The position numbers and the translations under genes were made by a program. This document shows, piece after piece, positions 29,536 through 42,490 of a stretch of DNA of 64,000 nt. How positions within the stretch are numbered: position 1 is the stretch's first letter; each line of letters starts with the position of its first letter. The stretch is from Eledone cirrhosa (lineage: Eukaryota). The stretch spans positions 47,802,001-47,866,000 of the forward strand of contig OZ024750.1 in assembly GCA_964016885.1 (NCBI GenBank), written 5' to 3'. The notes under the pieces are model-generated. The model did not search any database. It was not told the origin of the DNA and was given only the letters and a program-made list of their open reading frames with translations.

Positions 29536-30956
29536 ATGTGTGTTTGTGTTGTGTGTGTGTCTATGTGTGCCTATGTATGTATGTGTGTGTCTGTGTGTTT
29601 GTGTGTGCGTGTGTGTGAGTTAGTGCGTGTATGTGAGGGTGTGAGTGTTTGTGTGTGTCAGTATATGTGCGTGAGTATCCTCCCTCTTAGGACTACATTT
29701 TATAATCTATTATTGATTTTTCTCTTCCAATTATAAAATAATCTCGACTTCATTGATGATAATCTTGCACGGGTTAATTATCCAATTTACTGAAAAGAAA
29801 TTGTGGTGTATATACATACATATATATGTACATAGCACACTAGCACACATACACACACATCGTATATATATATAAATATTTTATTATATTATATAGAGAG
29901 TTAGAGAGCGAAAGATAGACAGACAGACAGACTGAACAGAAAGAGAGAGGGGGGGGGGTATATTTGACATGGCTAATTTTTTCACAAATAATCAATATTA
30001 GTATAAAAAGATAACTTCCCCTGAATATTTCTAACCGTTAAGAAATGAAATATATAAATGTTTCACGTAAGATGCAATTTTCTTTCCAGTCATAATTGGT
30101 GAGACGAGCGTATAGTGGTTAAATCCGTAGCTTTTGTTACATGTAGTGCTTTACTCTAAGAGAACTTCAGTACAAGTGACATTCCTAGACCTGCTACAGT
30201 TGCTGAAAACTGTACGGTTCTTGTTCAGTTCCAATATGTTTATGTGGCTTAGGATGTTTGGCTCACGATCGGTTTGTGATGCATCCTTTAGAAAAATACT
30301 TATGGAAGATATCTCACGTTTCAAAAGTGTACTGTAACTGTAATTGAAAAGGACAGCCTTTAAAAACACTTCCTCGCGCTGAATCCACGTGCAAATTATA
30401 TTTTGATTATAAGTTTGTACGGAACTATCAGCCATTTTCACATGAAGTATGTTCCGTTGTTCGGACAACATTTATTCTAGGAGACATCTGAGTCGACGGA
30501 AGTCCGCCTAACATTTTTATTGTCATACTTGAAAACAAAAAGCCTCTATATTAACGATATTTGAAAGAATAAATGAATAAACGTCAGACATCTCATTCTC
30601 TCTCCCTTTGTTTTTCTCTTTCTCTCCCTCTCTCTATTTCTCTGTATAATTATTGATAAATCAAATTAGATAGAAGTTGATACCAATTAATAATAAAACT
30701 TTTAGCGATAAATTAGTTAGTATCGGGAACATTAAAAACATACTTCTATACAAAACTTACCCACGTATATCATTCTGAAAATAAATCTTCTTAATATATT
30801 TACTATGCCAAATCTCTTGATCTCAAAGTAAGATTTCTCATATCGAATACAATGAAAAAATGAAAGGTTACTCCAGACATCAGTACAATATAAACAATTA
30901 TGACACGTATATCTATAAATTTACCGTTAATATTTTGCACTGTTCATTTAGGTTTA

Positions 30957-31090
30957 TGGAGATGCATGGCTTAGTGATTAAGGTGTAATGTAATGAATTC
31001 GATTTCCAGAGTGGGTGCCACGTTCTCTTTGAACGTGACATTTTATGTTTCATTGCCTCAGCCTATTCAGCTAATAAAAATGAGTTTTCA
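30957..31090 (+). mobile_element. Degenerate SINE family B
   Basis: ggagatgcatggcttagtgattaaggtg..gaattcgatttcc..ctttgaacgtgacattttat..aaaaatgagt. Confidence 0.55.
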
Positions 31091-32928
31091 CTACACTGCT
31101 CTCGGGCTGTACTGCATCTTCTTTCCATTTGGAGGGAAACTGTCATGGAGCGGAGGAGACTTGCATGCATGAGCCCTTGTTGAACTTTCACTAAGCACTT
31201 TGTCTTTGAGAAATAATTTTCCTTGTGCAAATCATTGGTGAGTTATAGGGTACCTTTTATATGACTATTCAGCCATGGCTGCGTCCGACATTAAAAGGTT
31301 TATTTAACAAGTATGAGCATCCCGATTTAATTCCACACCGTGGCTTCTTAGGCAACTGCTTTTACCATATCATTAAATCGACCCAAGTCTGCGTGTAATA
31401 TTGATTAGAAGGAAACTATTTTGGAAACTCCTTGAAATGATTGTATTATAATTGAAGGGTTTAACCTTGTCTCATATTACGTCAGGCTGATTCTGCCGGA
31501 GGATATCGTTAGAGTTACATGACAATAATAATCAAAGAAGATAAACAATGGCTGATGAATGTTTCGATATATTCAGCTAATCTTACAGTTGACCGACTAA
31601 GCAACATTGACCTCGTAATCCGGAGCCGGGTTGGTTGAATGTTCCCTAGTGTGTGTGTACCTCAACTCGAGGTCCCGACAAAAATAATGGAAGAAACATT
31701 GGCCCGGCTGATGGCGTGAGAAACGTGTTGAAATACCCATTGAAACACTAGGGGCTTACTCATGATTGTAACTAGTTTCACCAAAATAGTAGTTAGGTGT
31801 TTTGATTGGTTGACTGAATGCACATCATCAAAAAAAGCAGTCGATTTGTTGTTACAATTTATGGATATAAAATATCCATATTTCTCTTAATGCCGAAATA
31901 TACTTTTGTGTTGAAAATATAATTTCAAAACATATGGCTTCGAATAAATCAGTTGTCATGAAGTTATACTCCAGAATGATGGAGATGCAGCAAAGTAGAG
32001 CAGTTTACCATTTACTTCTCCCCTCTCTACCGTAAGCCGAGCTATACATTGTGAAGTGAATAGCACTTTATTCAATGATGCTATCTACCCATTTGATTCT
32101 TTTGAATTTGTTACCCAATTTTCTCCTGAATGGATATAAAGATGGTCTTGGAAAAAGTATATATCTTGGCAGGGAATAAATATATTTACAACAACGAAAA
32201 TATTTCCCTAAATAACACACCTATAAACATGGCTGGTTAATATTTTCTCCAATATCTATGTATGTATTAATATTAAGTGATAGATGTATTGAGAAGCTCT
32301 AATGATGTTAACTATTTTCATAACAAGTTGTCAGAAGAAAAAAATAATATTCTTTGTTTAACTATGCTTAGATTCAGTTTCAAACTAATTGAAATGTTGG
32401 TCTTGTTAGAAAAACATGGGAATCTATGATTTAGAATATATAAACTGTAATGGCAATTTACAACAATGTGTGTCACTTTTATATCACCAGCTAACAAATA
32501 TTATCGTAGTAAACACCGTGGCTACCAAGCAACGGGATAATTTTGCATAATAGGTCTTTTTCAAACACAATTTGATATTATTTCAGATGCGAAGTTGAGG
32601 AGCTGCATCGTAACTAAGGGTTTTTATTTCCAGTCCGTGAGCTGAGACACTCTGATAGACAACATAACGAGGCATAAATAACCCGTATCTTATGTTTTTT
32701 TCGTTGATAAAGAATACAGGAAATAATATGGGATTACTTAAGGATTACCTGTCTCCAATATATAACCATATACACATACATATATACATACGACCTACAC
32801 AACTATTAAACATATTGATACAGATTTATTAGAGTCATTTGATTGCATTGGAACGGTGACAGTTACAGATTTTTCTAAGATTTCGTAGTCATAAAATTCG
32901 CTTACTAACCCGCATCCACACACGTATG

Positions 32929-33008
<80 letters not shown>

Positions 33009-33319
33009 TATATAAGGAGAAAAGATGAAATTATAAAAATGCAACTGGAGTCTTTTTTTTATATTTATTTGGTTCCTTTACCGGTTTCGCAGTTCTTGTG
33101 CTTTTTCAGAAGTACAATTGAGGTGTGAGAAAAACCATAAACCCTCCATCTCAATTCTACTTTTGAAAAGCTCAAGAACTGCGAAACAAGTAGAGGCACC
33201 AAATAAATATTTTTTTTTTAAAGCAAGACTCAAGTAACATTTCCGATTCCATCTGTTTTCCTTTAATTTCACTCGTGTAGGACACATTTTCTTTTTATTT
33301 TGTGAAAAAATCTCACCTA

Positions 33320-33642
<323 letters not shown>

Positions 33643-33657
33643 TATATACATATAGAT

Positions 33658-33719
<62 letters not shown>

Positions 33720-34019
33720 AATATAGCATACACAATTATATAGGCATTCCTACAGAGGCATACTCACACACATACACATGTGTATAAGGAAGCTTAGGTT
33801 TCAGATTTATCATTATTTATAGTATCCCCAGATAATGTAGGAGGGGAAATATGAAAATATTTTAATATTGTATTATTACAATCAGTGTTTGGATATCTTT
33901 CATACCATTTCCTGACGGTAATTGTAAATTATATCTGTAAGCTACAGAAATACTTTAAGAGCATTTCAGTGTAACATGAACCGTTAAACAATAATACCTC
34001 TCAAATATCTAACACATCC

Positions 34020-34499
<480 letters not shown>

Positions 34500-35067
34500 T
34501 GTGTGTGTGTGTGTGTATGTAAACATATGTACTACTATTGTGTGAGTATTATATTTCTAAAAGACCAAAAACAATAAAAAAAATGTATTATACCAAATTT
34601 ACATATTTATCCTTGTTATCAGAAACTCCTATAATAATATCACTCAGTATATAGAGTATTTCAAGCCAAAATATAGCAATTATGTCTAGCCATAATTTAA
34701 TCTGAAATAATTTGCTAAATTGTTCTGTCTTTCCTCACTCAGGAACTAAGTGCTTTAAAAGCACGTTTATCTCAAACATACATGAAACATTACTCATATT
34801 TCAATATTTTCCGATCGAAAAGAAATTATAGCAATATCTGGGCAGTTATTAGTACCTAAACACTATGTTAGGATATGTGTTATAGCGTTATTTTTTTATT
34901 ACTTTTAGACAGTAGGTCGCAGCTATGATGGGACAACATCCCGGAGGGAATTGATTCAGGTATAATTTTTTGAAAGTATTTGTCTCATCAACTGTTAGGT
35001 TATTGTACATAAAAAAAGCATTATGAGATACGGGGATAAGACCTTGTGTATGCAGACATACATGATT

Positions 35068-35286
35068 CCTAACGATCGACTTTCGTCAAATCGGACCGAG
35101 GAAACATTGTTTCCATTGGTCTTTCCAATTGCTAATACTATCTATCAGTCGCAACTCCAGGTAGAAGGAGCAACGTGAAATAAAGTGTCTTGCTCAAGGA
35201 CATAACGCATCGCCCGGTCCAGGAATCGAACTCACAACCTCACGATTGCGAATCCAGTTCTCTAACCACTCAGCCACAAGCCTTCA
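35068..35286 (-). mobile_element. tRNA-derived SINE family B
   Basis: Minus: gtggctgagtggttagag..gagttcgattcctggaccgggcgatgcgttatgtccttgagcaagacactttatttcacgttgctcc. Confidence 0.9.
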
Positions 35287-35536
35287 CATACATATTATAT
35301 ATATAGTGGCAGCGGGGTTAACCCGGCTAGATTATATAACACGGGAAGATGCAGAGTCTTTATAGAGGAAGGTATAAACTCGACGGCGACGACACGCATT
35401 TTCGGCTATTATTTAGCAAGCCTTTTTTACAAGGATGTACTGAGGGTTAAACATTGGCGTCTCAGTGGTGTTTATTCCTTTGTCTCTTTCTCCCTCTGTC
35501 TATCCATCTCTTTTTCTCTCTCTCTCTGTATATATA

Positions 35537-35729
35537 TAGGAACCAGTAAGACCACGACGGCTGAGCTCAAGCCGTTTCGACTGCTAATTCTGGACTAAGA
35601 ATTAGCCGTCGAAACGGCTTGAGCTCAGCCGTCGGGGTCTTACTGGTTCCTCTTACCCACTCTACTACCCTAAGTATTGAGTACTTTGGTGCGTTATGGT
35701 CCACCTGGTCCCTTACCACATTTCCTTCG

Positions 35730-35732
<3 letters not shown>
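35537..35732 (+). mobile_element. Fold-back pLTR remnant, same family as 29261-29453
   Basis: Arms 35537-35590 / 35599-35651, loop tggactaa; GAAA-cggct tgagctc agccg-TC is the HHR 3' half; same tail. Confidence 0.88.
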
Positions 35733-35775
<43 letters not shown>

Positions 35776-35779
<4 letters not shown>

Positions 35780-35951
35780 GTTTCTACATTTGGCACAAGG
35801 CCAGCAATTACCCAATACGTTAGTGGTATTTTATTTTATCGACCCGGTAAGGATGAAAGGCAAAGTTAATCTCGGCAGGATTTGAACTCAGATTTTAAGG
35901 GGACGTAACTATGCTGGAAAGCATCTCCGACCCTCCACCGATACTGCCAAC
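35776..35951 (-). mobile_element. SINE family A
   Basis: Homologous to 1957-2143. Confidence 0.9.
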
Positions 35952-35965
35952 ATATATATATATAT

Positions 35966-36044
<79 letters not shown>

Positions 36045-36479
36045 CACACAAGTATTACTGCCATGAGATTTCCACACTCGTTAACCACGTAGCCACATCT
36101 CAATTTCTATGTGCACTGAATTCTTTAAATACGTTCCATTCTTTACAGTCTAGCGACTTTTCTTTTTCTTGTTTGTTATTAGGAATTTTGGATGCAATCA
36201 TTATATTCGTTTCATTTTCATATATTTCCCTGAATTGTGCTGGAGTTGTTCCTAAAGGAAAAATGGCATTCGTTCCTGTATTTGGCAAATCAACAAATAT
36301 TTCTGGTGGAGTAAATATAGGTAGGAAGTTTTTAGTGTAGACTCGGATGTAATAATAATAATACTTGCAATACAGACTAGAAAATATAATTGGCATGAGA
36401 CCTGTTTTTGTTTTGTTTGTAATACTGTATGGAACACGATGTTTATGAGTAACTACCGTATGTTATTTTTATTACTCAT

Positions 36480-36666
36480 GGGGTGGATTGGTAGTATCGG
36501 TAGAGGGTCGGACGCCATGCTTTGACGCAAAGAGTTACGGCCTTTTCCATTATGAGTTCAAATCCCGCCGACGTTAAATTTGCCTTTCATCCTTACGGTG
36601 TCGATAAAATCATGTACCACTAATACACTGGATATTTGCTGGCCTTGTGCCAAAAGTAGAAACAGC
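36480..36666 (+). mobile_element. SINE family A with ~16-bp TSD
   Basis: A/B boxes and core present; tatttttattactcat 36464-36479 versus tatttctattactcat 36667-36682. Confidence 0.9.
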
Positions 36667-38033
36667 TATTTCTATTACTCATACATAATCACCTAAAACG
36701 CAGTATATAACATGGTAATGGTGGGTACGTTTCGTGTGGCATGGTTTGAAAACATACATGACTAGAGATTGCAAAGACAACTAACCGCACATGACGATAT
36801 CCTATTATGAGTAGAAATAGTGTAAAGAATATCTCGTTAAAGGACAAATCGTAGTTGCTTACACTTACATTCTATCAATGAAGCTATGTATCTGTTCGTC
36901 TTCCTGTCATTGATAGTATATTACTAGTCACATATCTTAGGCTGTGATGAACACCACCACTTCTCGACGACAAGAAGCCGGATTAATATTTAGAGAGCAC
37001 ACAAACAAACACGTTATCCTTCCAATCATCATGTGTAACTCTATACACATCCTGCCGAAGCATTATACAAGGTTTGGTACAAGGTTTGGTATTTACTGTA
37101 TTCAGTAAGTTGAATCAAAGAAAGGTGGAACTAGATATTCAAATATGCCCTGCATTATGACAAATAACGAAGTACTCAAATGATCGGAAGAAAACAGCAA
37201 CGCATATCTTCCGAAGATGTAATAGTAATTTCTATTTTAAGTATAAAAAACAACACTTGTTTTGGCGGAGGGGGTATTGTGTGGAGGTAAAGTCGACCAA
37301 ACTTAAATGAGGAAGGCCAATGGGACGTCAGTTTATCAATCCTGGGGTATGTAATCTAAAATTGATCTTAGCACTATTTGAATTCAGAATGTGAAATGCC
37401 GTACTAAATGAAGCAAAGCACATTGGCCGACGATCTAACGATCCTGCTACTCGGCTGTCTCTTATTATTATCATAACTAATAATTTTGACGAAAACAATT
37501 TAGAGATGGATATCAATCATAATATGACTGATATGATAAACATCAATCATAATTGACGTTAATTATAACTTGATTACAAAAAAATATATATCGACTAGAC
37601 TATTAAAAAAGCGATTGAATTGATAAGGATTCATATAAACATTCAAGACAACCATTTTGATTTTCATCACTAAGGATACATTATTGAAACAAAGCAGAGA
37701 ACATCCTGCTAACCTCACATTATAAACACTGTCACGTCTTACTAAAACTGATGACCTATGATGTGACCGTGGCAATATGCCTATATTTCTTGATATAGTG
37801 GCGCCGTATTGAAATACTCCGAATCTTGCGCGTTTGAAACTCTATGAGTCTGTCGATTCTTTGACAACAGATGCTCTCTCACAAATAAACAATAACAACA
37901 GAGAGAGTGATTGGAAATGTCACAATGAGATATAGTTGAATTACATGATAAATTATTTTAAATTTAACATGTCTAGTCCTGTAGAAGTAATTTCTATATT
38001 AACGATGATGCCCCCCCCCCGCACCACCATCAA

Positions 38034-38065
<32 letters not shown>

Positions 38066-38141
38066 TTCTCAGTTTACTACTCTAGGTATTGAGTACTCTG
38101 GTGCGTTATGGTCCATCTGGTTCCATACCTCAATTCCTTTG

Positions 38142-38176
<35 letters not shown>

Positions 38177-38180
<4 letters not shown>

Positions 38181-38282
38181 AACCAGTAAGTCTTACTGGT
38201 TCCTATTACCCACTCTACTACCCCAAGTATTGAGTACTTTGGTGCGTTATGGTCCACCTGGTTCCTTACCACATTTCCTTCG

Positions 38283-38285
<3 letters not shown>
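38177..38285 (+). mobile_element. Minimal fold-back copy of the 29261 family (14-bp arms + tail); extra tail copy at 38066-38145
   Basis: taggaaccagtaag-t-cttactggttccta followed by the same tail. Confidence 0.85.
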
Positions 38286-38320
<35 letters not shown>

Positions 38321-38376
38321 GTTTATGTATATAAACACATGCATATATCTTCCTGTTCCGTATAACCATGACCAGT

Positions 38377-38417
38377 CCGAGCTGAAGATCCGCATAAGGT
38401 GAAACAATCGTTCTACG
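38377..38417 (+). ncRNA. Degenerate minimal hammerhead motif
   Basis: gag-CTGAAGA-t cc gcataa gg t-GAAA-caatcg-TT-ctacg; core intact, stem I weak. Confidence 0.5.
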
Positions 38418-38446
38418 TATGGTGAACTAACTGTTGGGTTACTACT

Positions 38447-38575
<129 letters not shown>

Positions 38576-38921
38576 TCAATATGTATACATGCATACATGC
38601 GTGCACGTATACGTCCATACATACATACTTTCAAACACACATACATCCATACATACATACGTAAAAATATGAATGACTCTTCCAGTATCGAAACACATAT
38701 TGTATCCTTCGGGAAAAGATGGCGATAAAATAAAGTACTAGTTTGGAATTGTAACCGATTAATTCGTCTCGCCGACCAAACATATTTTAGGCCTTGCGCA
38801 CAATAATTATGCACGACTCTGCCTTATGATTTCATATATCGCTAAAATCAAATTTTACATTTCTCCATTTTGGCATCTATAAAATTATGTACCAGTGTTG
38901 TATTGGACTCTACATGATATC

Positions 38922-39110
38922 ATTGTTTCTAATATTGGCACAAAGCCAGCAATTATCCCATTTCATTACTAGTACTTTATTTTATCAACCCTGTAAGGAT
39001 GAAAGGCAAAGTTAACCTCGACAGGATTTGAATTCAGACCGTAAAGGTGTGTAACTATGCTTGAAAACATGGCGTCAGACCCCGTACGGAGACTGCCAAT
39101 CTACAGCCCT
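38922..39110 (-). mobile_element. SINE family A
   Basis: Homologous to 1957-2143; possible TSD atRatatcat. Confidence 0.88.
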
Positions 39111-39500
39111 TATAATATCATGCATCATCTCTATCAAACGTTGTTCACTCTAAACGAAAGCAGGTAATTTCACAACAGATAGTTTTCAGTTTATGAAATA
39201 AAGCTAGGAATAGTGCCTAGACGTTGCTAGACGTCATAAACTGATTATTTATTCCTGATTTTAACTATGGCGCTGAAATGTGTAGGCATGAGTTTGCATA
39301 GAGATTCATATACGGTATTAATGGTAAAATTTAAATTGGAGACAGGAGCACACTAACAGATGATTATTTAGCTCTAGCTCCCTGTGGTCAACATTTCACA
39401 GCCAGAAACAAAGAAGCAATAATTAAATGTGGATTTGCCAGATATTATGCATAAAAATGCATTGAACCATGTTTTAAATTATATGATTGCCTTTCATCAA

Positions 39501-39695
39501 AGTGCAGGGGATTTGCTGTATCAGTAAAATGTCGGACGCCATGCTTTGCAGCCTAGAGTTACGACCCTTTATAGTCTGAGTTCAAATCCCTCTGAGGTTA
39601 ATATTGTCTTTCATCCTTACTGGGTCGATAAAATAAAGTACAAGTAATGTACTGGAAAAATTGCTGGCCTTGCTGGCAAAAGTAGAAACAATCAG
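39501..39695 (+). mobile_element. SINE family A with TSD
   Basis: B-box gagttcaaatcc and core; TSD tgYctttcatcaa 39488-39500 / 39696-39708. Confidence 0.88.
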
Positions 39696-39999
39696 TGTCT
39701 TTCATCAAAAATACTGTTTATTTTTTGTCCTTTGTTTTCAACTTCTTAGTAGTTATACTTTAAGTGATATTACGATGGAAGTTGTGTATAATCATATCTT
39801 AAATATTATTATGATGATGTTATCAGTTGTCGGTGCAGTCAGGATGTGTGGCCTGTAGATACTAACAACAACGGAAGAAAATATTCAAAACATTATTTCG
39901 TTGATCCAATTTGACGAGTTCTACTACTCTCGGTACGCGAATTGGATCTAGATTCTTGTTGATCGATTAGTAACAATACTATTCATCATTACGATGAAG

Positions 40000-40175
40000 A
40001 GGGCGGAGAATTGTCTGTATCGGTCGAGCTTTACAGCATAGACTTATAGCCTTTACGTTCTGAGCTCAAAACCTGCCGGAGTTAACTTTGCCTTCCATCC
40101 TTATGGTGTAGATAAAATAAAGTACCAGTAAAACTCTGAATAATTTATGACCTTGTGCCAAAATCAGAAACAATT
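40000..40175 (+). mobile_element. SINE family A with TSD
   Basis: Core ttgccttccatccttatggtgtagataaaataaagtaccag; TSD attaYgatgaag 39988-39999 / 40176-40187. Confidence 0.85.
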
Positions 40176-41079
40176 ATTATGATGAAGTTATTAGTTGTCA
40201 TGATATTAGTATTATTATGACGGAGACTTATCAATAATTACAGTACTACTGTTATTATGATAACATATATTAATAACCATGTCAGATGTTACGCAGAAAT
40301 ATTCATTAGTTTAAGTAATAGTACGGTGAATATGTCAATATTCAGGTCCTACCCGGTCCAATTACCACTGCGCCTTAGGTCCAGAGCAGAATGACCTTGC
40401 CCCTTCTCATTCTTCTGTGACAGTAGAATCCTTGCATTTCCTCGTCCGTTTCCTGTTTCCCTTATTATATTTTCTTATTTAACATTCGATTCTATTATAA
40501 AACTATATTTCTATGGCGTTATTAGAATGTTATTTTAAACGTTACCATTAAGTTTTCATTAATCATAGCTTAAGTAATTTTATGATGTAAGAGGTAAAAA
40601 GCCGCAATTAGAATTATATGAGATTGTTTTTTTACTTTTCATAGGACATCCTCACATTTCAGCAGAAACACTATTAAGAAAATGATATCAGGGCTACTGA
40701 TGTATTATTATCGAAATTATCAGAAAATATTCCTTAAGGGTTTGGGTTTCACACATGAATGATATTGAGTTTGTAAGTAAAAGATGTCAATACAGAAAAT
40801 ACATATTCACGCATATATATTCTATTTGGGTTGAATAGAGCAAATATTTTGGGAAAACGCGGCATATGAGTACGATGTATATCAAGAGAAAATCATAGTT
40901 TTGTTTACGAATGACTATGGGGTTTCCACATAGTAAGTTCGAATCCGAGGCATATGATTGTGAAAGGAGGTCTGCGGTATACTAATAGTCATGCCTGCAT
41001 ACGTTTCTCCTCTGATCACGCCAGCAATGTTGTGCAAGTGAAAGACATTGGTCGATATATCTTGGAACCAGTGACATCG

Positions 41080-41212
41080 AAACTCATTTATGCTGCTAAC
41101 TGAAGTGGTTTAGTGTGAAATAAATTGTCTTGCAGAAGGACAATTACGCATCGCCGGTCAGGTCCTGGGATCGAATTGACTACCCCACGATTGCAACACC
41201 AACGTTCTAAAA
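41080..41212 (-). mobile_element. Degenerate SINE family B
   Basis: gtgaaataaattgtcttgc..aaggaca..acgcatcgccggtc..gggatcgaa..cacgattgc matches ~35175-35260. Confidence 0.7.
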
Positions 41213-41222
41213 GTAAACAATG

Positions 41223-41263
<41 letters not shown>

Positions 41264-41727
41264 TGTATATATAGTGTATTTTGCAATACAGTGTATGCTT
41301 AATTTTAAACATTTCGAAGACCTTATGTCATTGTATTAGAGTAGTGACAGTCTCACTTACTTTAGATTTTCAGCAAACAGAGGAGATAAAGCTGACAGAG
41401 CTATGTTTCGTACTGATTGGTACTTATTAAAGCCAAGTACTCTACCTGTTTGCTGAAAATCATGAATATTTGATTCTTATAGAATTTCTAGTAATAATCA
41501 GTAATCTAGTAATAGAGTGTATTGCAAACTACACTATATATACATTCTTATATATATCGCTATTTCATAGCGCCAATTCTAAGCTAAAACCAACCAAACA
41601 GTGAGTGTGATCTCTTATTAATGCTGGCAATATTACTACACCAATATGACCCTCGCCAAGTATAAGTATATATATGTTTCGACACACGATTTCATATCAA
41701 AAACCTCGCAAAACAAATTCATCGCCG

Positions 41728-41779
<52 letters not shown>

Positions 41780-41782
<3 letters not shown>

Positions 41783-42422
41783 GCTAACCTCAGTCTCATC
41801 TGTGTCGCTTTTGAGCTGTCCTTTGGTAGGCTCCCATACATCTCTGAGATTTTCATCCTCAGTGTATACTGATTAATGTTCAGAGCCATCCTCAGCATTC
41901 TCGTGTAGCACGCATCCGCCATCTGAGTGAGTTTCTTGGTTAGTGTCCAAGTCTCAGACTCGTACAAAAGCACAGACTGCACTACAGCAACGAAATATTG
42001 GATTTTCAGGTCTTTACGAAGGTTCGACTTCCAAACCGATCTCAATCTGTGGCACGCCGCCCAGGCTTTGCTCTTCCTCTCAACCACATCATCTTGCGTA
42101 TTCCCAATCGTTGCTCCCAAATACAGGAAGTCCTCAACCAATTATAGAGGCTTCCCGCCTACATTAGTGATCACCTCTTGTTTCTCAACATTCTCTACCA
42201 GATATTTTGTTTTAATCTCATTCATTTTCAAGCACACGCTCATCGACACGGTCTCAGCCTCCTGGCTCTTTCACTGTATTTGTCACGAACACTATGCTCA
42301 CCGACATCCAGAGTTGACATTGCGCCTACATGGACACACATGGATACACTGGAAGAGAAGACCAAGGTTAAATTATGTTGATGTCCTAAGGACAGACACT
42401 GGTCTTTCGGAGACATATCCAA
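41780..42422. mobile_element. RTE-type LINE 3' fragment with 5' inversion (41780-42262 minus; 42263-42422 plus)
   Basis: Minus: VEDFLYLG..SKAWAA..VWKS..VLLYESETWTLTK..YTRMLR..RLRLA. Plus continues ..HC..H..RRPRLNYVDVLRTDTGL. Confidence 0.88.

Positions 42423-42484
<62 letters not shown>

Positions 42485-42490
<6 letters not shown>

Noticed and set aside
30151-30528. Possible minus-strand host exon (106-aa ORF; acceptor-like ttttgttttcaag)
   Set aside because: No recognisable domain and no partner exons; cannot be supported without RNA data
40645-40772. Exon-like segment with good acceptor (ttttcatag) and donor (gtaagt)
   Set aside because: Stops in all three frames; could be UTR or lncRNA but unsupported
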